From a virus (lineage: Duplodnaviria > Caudoviricetes), in IMG/VR virus record IMGVR_UViG_3300032280_000539, positions 1 to 40,408 of that record: a stretch of DNA of 40,408 nt; one strand, written 5' to 3'. Positions within the stretch are counted from its first letter, which is position 1. Each line of letters opens with the position of its first letter. The notes beneath the pieces were generated by a model that searched no databases, was not told where the DNA came from, and was given only the letters and a program-made list of their open reading frames with translations. Shown one piece after another: positions 36,052 through 40,408 of this stretch. Both the position numbers and the translations under genes were made by a program.

Positions 36052-39000
36052 ATGTCCAACGAACTACGCCAAAGACTAAGCGCAATTCTTGCTGCTATCG
36101 GCCTTAACGACGGTGCCAACAAAGGCTTCTGGCGAATCCAGCCTCGTGATGACGAAGGTCAGTGGATTGAGATGGGTGCCGACGTACTATTCAGAGTTCG
36201 CCTTGGTAGCGGTAGCTTAGTAGTTGGAACTGTTAGAGGCGTTTACGTTGGTCCATCTGGTAAGCCAGGTAGGGCACGTGTTCTAGTAGAAGGCCAAGAA
36301 GCGAATGGAATCCCTTCGGGCGTTTATGACGTTGAATCCAACAACCTACAGCAGTTTAAGGCGCTTCTTCCTAGCGCTAGGGGTAAAGCTAAGCCCGGTG
36401 AGCGCAAGGATAAGTTTGGAAAGCCAGTAAGGACCCTAGCCGACTCCCAGCTGCCGGAGCTAAAGAGCCTACTAAAAACTGATATTACAGACGAGGACCG
36501 TCGTCTAGCCAAGGGTGAGCTAACTCCTGAAGAGCGCGAAGCAGAGCAGGATGGCCGCAAGAACTCCCCTATTGCAGATCTTCCTGCAGGCTTTGAAGCA
36601 GAAAACCCTGAAGAGGCTAAGAAGCTTCTACGCGAATCTGGCATAGAGCCAGATGACTTTGATCCAGACGCACAGCCAGCAGCTGCTCCCCAGGCCGAGC
36701 TAAAGCAGGCCACGGCTGCCTGGATGCTTAATCCAAAGAATCATGGCAAGCAAATGTTTTACGTGCGCAGAGGCAAAGCCATGCCTGTTTGGGTGGACAG
36801 CTTTGGAGAGACGGTCTTTAAGGGCTATGCTCCAGTTGACCCAGACGACCACAACGCGGAGCCTCTCTCCTCAATCGATGATTTTGCAGAGTCTGCTAAA
36901 AATGGAACCATCAACCTATTTCAAGGCCCAGTCCCGTATGTAGACGGAAAGCCGATGGACGGCTTCGAAATTAACCGTCTTGCATCACGTCAGGTTGCAG
37001 AGAAGGCCGAGGCTAGGAAGGCCGCAAAGGCCGCGAAGCCAGCAGCAGAAAAGCCAGCAGTAAAGCAAGGGGATATACCTGTTGCAGATCGGCTAGATCG
37101 TCCTAGACCTATTGGAAGTCCACCTCTTGAGAAGGACACCCGCGAGATTGATAGCCTCACTCCCGAACAAGTAAGCGAAATGATTAAGGAAGCTAAGCGT
37201 TTATATGTAGGTAGTCCTGTCTCAGAGCCAACTCTCGAAGAACATGACCAAGCAGCACAGGAGGCATATCGTGCAGCCTACGTTGTTGATGCGGCTAAAG
37301 GCCCGGCTAAGGGTAAAAACCCAACTGGTGACGAGCGAGTAGACGAGGCCATCGCTACGGTTAACTCCGAGCCTAAGACAAAAAAGATTAAGGCACTGAA
37401 CCTTGAAAGAGGTATGACCCTTGTAGTTGGCGAACAGCGCAAGCAGCTGACAATCTCTGACATAGATCTAGAAGCCGGCTGGGTGAAGCTTTTAGACTCT
37501 GAAGGAAAACAAGTTCCAGCCTTTGATGCAAAGGATCCTAAGAATGCAGGTAAAGGCAACCCGCTAAACCACCCGATAAAGACCAATGGTGAATACACCA
37601 TTCTTGATGCCAAGAAGTCACTGCCTAAGCCTGCTAAGCCTGCAAAGCCTGCAAAGCCAACCGCGCAACCGGCTACTCCGACCCCGGCTACTCCAGCTAA
37701 GCCTGCTAAGCCTGCTAAGCCTGCTGCACAGCCAACTACCCCGACTCCGGCTACTCCAACTCCAGCTACTCCAGCTACTCCAGCTACTCCAGCTGGTAAG
37801 GGTGGCAAGAAGAAGGGCAAGTCAGCACCTGTTGTTACGCCTCCGCCGATGCAGGCCGTAAAGAGACCAAACCGCAAGGACAAGGGCCAGATGGTTAGCC
37901 CTAGCCCTAAGTCTGTTGAAGAGCTTCGTAATAAAAAGATTAGAAATGCCATCAATGAAGACGGAACTCTTGCATACATTGAAGATGATAATGGTAATTT
38001 TAGAACCTTTGAAGACCCTAACGCAATTATCGATGCTCTCTTGGAAGAAAACCCAAACGCGGTAATTAAAGATGATGGAAGTGTTGTTGTCGAGCGCGCT
38101 AAGTTCACAGACAACGATGGGAAAGAGTACATCTATGAAGTTAGTGTCCAGCAAACATGGAACAACCAGTTCATGGAGAGGTACCTTTTCAAGGATGCAA
38201 AAACTGGAGAAGTTACTCACGACCTCTACAACTACGACTACAAAGACAGTTTCTACGGCCTTTACGGAGTAGCTAGCGGTCTAACCAAAACTAGAGACAT
38301 GCTTCTAGGGCGCGCGATCCCGGGTAAGAAGGGAGTAGATGCTGATGGAGTGCCTCTAGGCAGTACCGAGCTTCCTAACTACTTTGGCCCTACTAAGAAC
38401 CTAGACCAGAGATTAAAGTATTTCCGTAAGACTAGCGATATCCACAGCTGGAAAGTTATTACGATGGAAGAGAACGTCGCTAAGTGGATACTGGGACGCA
38501 AGCGCGCCCTCAATAAATCAGATAGCACGGGTCGGAAAACAGGTAAGAACTATAAGAATCAGTACTTAAACGTTCGTCGCAGTTTTGTAGCATCTCTTTA
38601 CGAAGCAGTAGACCTTAGAGATCCAGAGCTATTCAAAGAGCGACTAGTTCAGCTTATGGGTAGAACCCCTAACACTCCAGAGATGGTTGACTTGATCACT
38701 AAGACCCTAAGAAAGGGCATCACTGAGAGATATAAGGGAACTGCCAGGGAGAAGGAACTTCAAACCCTTCCTCTATATGCTAAGTACATTTTGACAAATG
38801 CGCAATTCGACCTACGAAACAGGTCTCAGGTGCCGTTCATGTCTGAAGATGGCATCACACCAGTAGTTAAGGGAGACATAGTTCGCTTCGTAAGCAATGA
38901 AGGAGACTATGCCATTGGTGAGGTTATCAAGCTCAACGCCCAGTCGGGTGGTAAGGGCGGATACAAAGACACCGCAAAAGTTAGATTTGCAGATGGCACA

Positions 39001-39492
39001 ATTGTTGATAACCTTCAGACCCGCAATATGCTACACACCGAGGAAGAGCTTACTGACTACACCCCTTGGGTCAAAGAAGAAGAAAAGATTCGACGTCGCC
39101 TATCCCAGGTAGGTCTCACTTGGGAAGAGTATATGCTTAGACGTCAGGAAAACCCTGACTACGACCCAGAGAAGCGCGATAAAGAGTACGCTCCATTTGA
39201 TGCTGGATCGCCTTACTTGGGTGCTTCTGGGACCGAGGGAGATGTTGAACCAGAAATCGCCGAAGAAGAAGTCGAGCCTGAAGCCCCATCTAACCAAAAG
39301 AAGGCAGAAGACCTCGTAGCTGGCGACGCTATGTACAACAAGGATGGAGAGTACATCGGAACTGTTATCGAGACAGTTTCGGTTCCATCTGAAGATGGCG
39401 GCGAACCTGGTATTGCAGTTAGATACCTCACCATCGATGGCCAAGAAGAAGTCGAAGTTCTAGATAGTGGTGAATCCCGCGGCCCAAAATAG
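36052..39492 (+). CDS. Very large putative virion-associated protein, N-terminal part
   Basis: QPRDDEGQW N-terminal motif, Pro/Ala/Lys linkers, head-module position; ends at slippery site. Confidence 0.75.
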   Translation: MSNELRQRLSAILAAIGLNDGANKGFWRIQPRDDEGQWIEMGADVLFRVRLGSGSLVVGTVRGVYVGPSGKPGRARVLVEGQEANGIPSGVYDVESNNLQQFKALLPSARGKAKPGERKDKFGKPVRTLADSQLPELKSLLKTDITDEDRRLAKGELTPEEREAEQDGRKNSPIADLPAGFEAENPEEAKKLLRESGIEPDDFDPDAQPAAAPQAELKQATAAWMLNPKNHGKQMFYVRRGKAMPVWVDSFGETVFKGYAPVDPDDHNAEPLSSIDDFAESAKNGTINLFQGPVPYVDGKPMDGFEINRLASRQVAEKAEARKAAKAAKPAAEKPAVKQGDIPVADRLDRPRPIGSPPLEKDTREIDSLTPEQVSEMIKEAKRLYVGSPVSEPTLEEHDQAAQEAYRAAYVVDAAKGPAKGKNPTGDERVDEAIATVNSEPKTKKIKALNLERGMTLVVGEQRKQLTISDIDLEAGWVKLLDSEGKQVPAFDAKDPKNAGKGNPLNHPIKTNGEYTILDAKKSLPKPAKPAKPAKPTAQPATPTPATPAKPAKPAKPAAQPTTPTPATPTPATPATPATPAGKGGKKKGKSAPVVTPPPMQAVKRPNRKDKGQMVSPSPKSVEELRNKKIRNAINEDGTLAYIEDDNGNFRTFEDPNAIIDALLEENPNAVIKDDGSVVVERAKFTDNDGKEYIYEVSVQQTWNNQFMERYLFKDAKTGEVTHDLYNYDYKDSFYGLYGVASGLTKTRDMLLGRAIPGKKGVDADGVPLGSTELPNYFGPTKNLDQRLKYFRKTSDIHSWKVITMEENVAKWILGRKRALNKSDSTGRKTGKNYKNQYLNVRRSFVASLYEAVDLRDPELFKERLVQLMGRTPNTPEMVDLITKTLRKGITERYKGTAREKELQTLPLYAKYILTNAQFDLRNRSQVPFMSEDGITPVVKGDIVRFVSNEGDYAIGEVIKLNAQSGGKGGYKDTAKVRFADGTIVDNLQTRNMLHTEEELTDYTPWVKEEEKIRRRLSQVGLTWEEYMLRRQENPDYDPEKRDKEYAPFDAGSPYLGASGTEGDVEPEIAEEEVEPEAPSNQKKAEDLVAGDAMYNKDGEYIGTVIETVSVPSEDGGEPGIAVRYLTIDGQEEVEVLDSGESRGPK
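37621..37795 (+). repeat. Coding low-complexity repeats (PAK)n/(PAT)n
   Basis: 9-bp units such as CCTGCTAAG and CCAGCTACT. Confidence 0.85.
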
Positions 39493-39511
39493 ACGGGGCC
39501 CGGGAGGCCCC
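39483..39511 (+). other. Candidate -1 programmed ribosomal frameshift signal
   Basis: C_CCA_AAA in phase directly before TAG; 5-nt spacer; GGGGCC-CGGGA-GGCCCC hairpin. Confidence 0.75.
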
Positions 39512-40408
39512 AGCCGCACTTAACTCCTTAAGCAATCTAGGAATCGACTTCCAGTCCGCAACAATGGACGCTGGCGGGACTCGCCTACCTACCCCGGGTG
39601 CGTTTACTGGAAAATTCCAAGAGATTCTAGAAGGCGCAGATAGCTGGGGTGAGGTTGCAGATAGGCTGCAGGGTCAAACCATAACCTACTTTGACTTCGA
39701 GACTACAGGTATCTCGGACTATGACGGACAGGACGTATTCAACAATCCTGTTCAGCTAGGCGCTGTGCAGGTTAAAGATGGAAAAATCGTCAAGCGATTT
39801 AACATGTACGTTAACCCAGAGAGTCGCCTTTCCGACTGGTCTGCAAACAACCTAAAGCGTGACGTTCTAGACGAAAACGGCGACATAGTTCGAGACGAGA
39901 ACGGTAAGCCGACTACCACTCTAGTTACCCCAGAGTGGCTCGCCCAGCAACCTAACCAGAAGGAAGCGCTAGACGCGTTTATTGAGTTTATTGGCCCTGA
40001 CGCGCTTCTTGGTGGTCAGAACGTGCCTTTCGATGTTGAAATCTTGAAGCGCATGGCTGACAAGTATGAGACCCCGCTGTCAATTGCAGGAACTATAGAC
40101 TCTAAGGATCTTGCATCCCTTCTACCTAAGTATGATCCTGAGAAGGGCGTAGACGGTCCAAAAGCACCAGACCGCAAGACCGGTGAGGTTAGGGCTAGCT
40201 CTAGCCTTGGTCCTGTTGCCAACTTCCTAGGCTTTGAGCCAGCAAACTGGCACAGTGCGGATGGTGATGCTGAAGACTCCTACAACCTTGTTTCCAAGAT
40301 AATTAATCGCGCTGCAGAAGAAAACAACAGCAACCTAGGCCTCCTAGACTTTGACGCAATGCAAGAGCGCTATAACGAACGCATGGCGGAGTTTAAGCAG
40401 GTAGTGTC
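39483..40408 (+). CDS. DEDDh (DnaQ-like) 3'-5' exonuclease domain, -1 frame continuation, truncated by window end (not in ORF track)
   Basis: Open from 39474 to end; ExoI YFDFETTG, ExoII GQNVPFD, ExoIII HSADGD; first ATG 39564 lacks an SD. Confidence 0.85.

Noticed and set aside
37278-38132. 284-aa minus-strand ORF and other minus-strand ORFs
   Set aside because: Antisense shadows of + strand genes or repeats, with no start signals or motifs
39490-39531. TAG readthrough or recoded genetic code
   Set aside because: Frame 0 meets TAA 13 codons later, and TAG ends many normal genes here
1-40408. tRNA genes, introns/inteins, reverse transcriptase or DGR, IS elements
   Set aside because: No cloverleaf, splice motifs, RT or transposase signatures seen by eye; tRNAscan-SE and HMM searches would be needed to exclude them

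Overview
The window is part of a large tailed-phage genome, probably infecting Actinobacteria (inferred from leaderless genes, a ClgR-like regulator, a DUF1360-portal arrangement and an actinobacterial-type katG). All credible genes lie on the + strand. 1-4.7 kb: 2OG-Fe(II) oxygenase, CHAP-like endolysin, HTH and small proteins. 4.7-22.8 kb: an array of about 25 short transcription units, typically hairpin terminator - invariant 15-mer TAGTTATTTTTTCTG - sigma70-type promoter - hairpin leader - AAAGGGG ribosome-binding site - small ORF(s). This array also holds a MoxR-VWA pair, two DnaA-box clusters and hairpins whose loops are complementary to the AAAGGGG site. 22.8-23.6 kb: non-coding, possible genome terminus. 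23.6-40.4 kb: Dam methylase, HTH proteins, NlpC/P60, full-length KatG, terminase large subunit, portal, Dps, a Cys-rich protein and a 1146-aa ORF. That ORF appears to continue through a -1 programmed frameshift (C_CCA_AAA plus GC hairpin) into a DEDDh exonuclease domain that runs off the window. Coordinates and counts were read by eye; no database searches were run.
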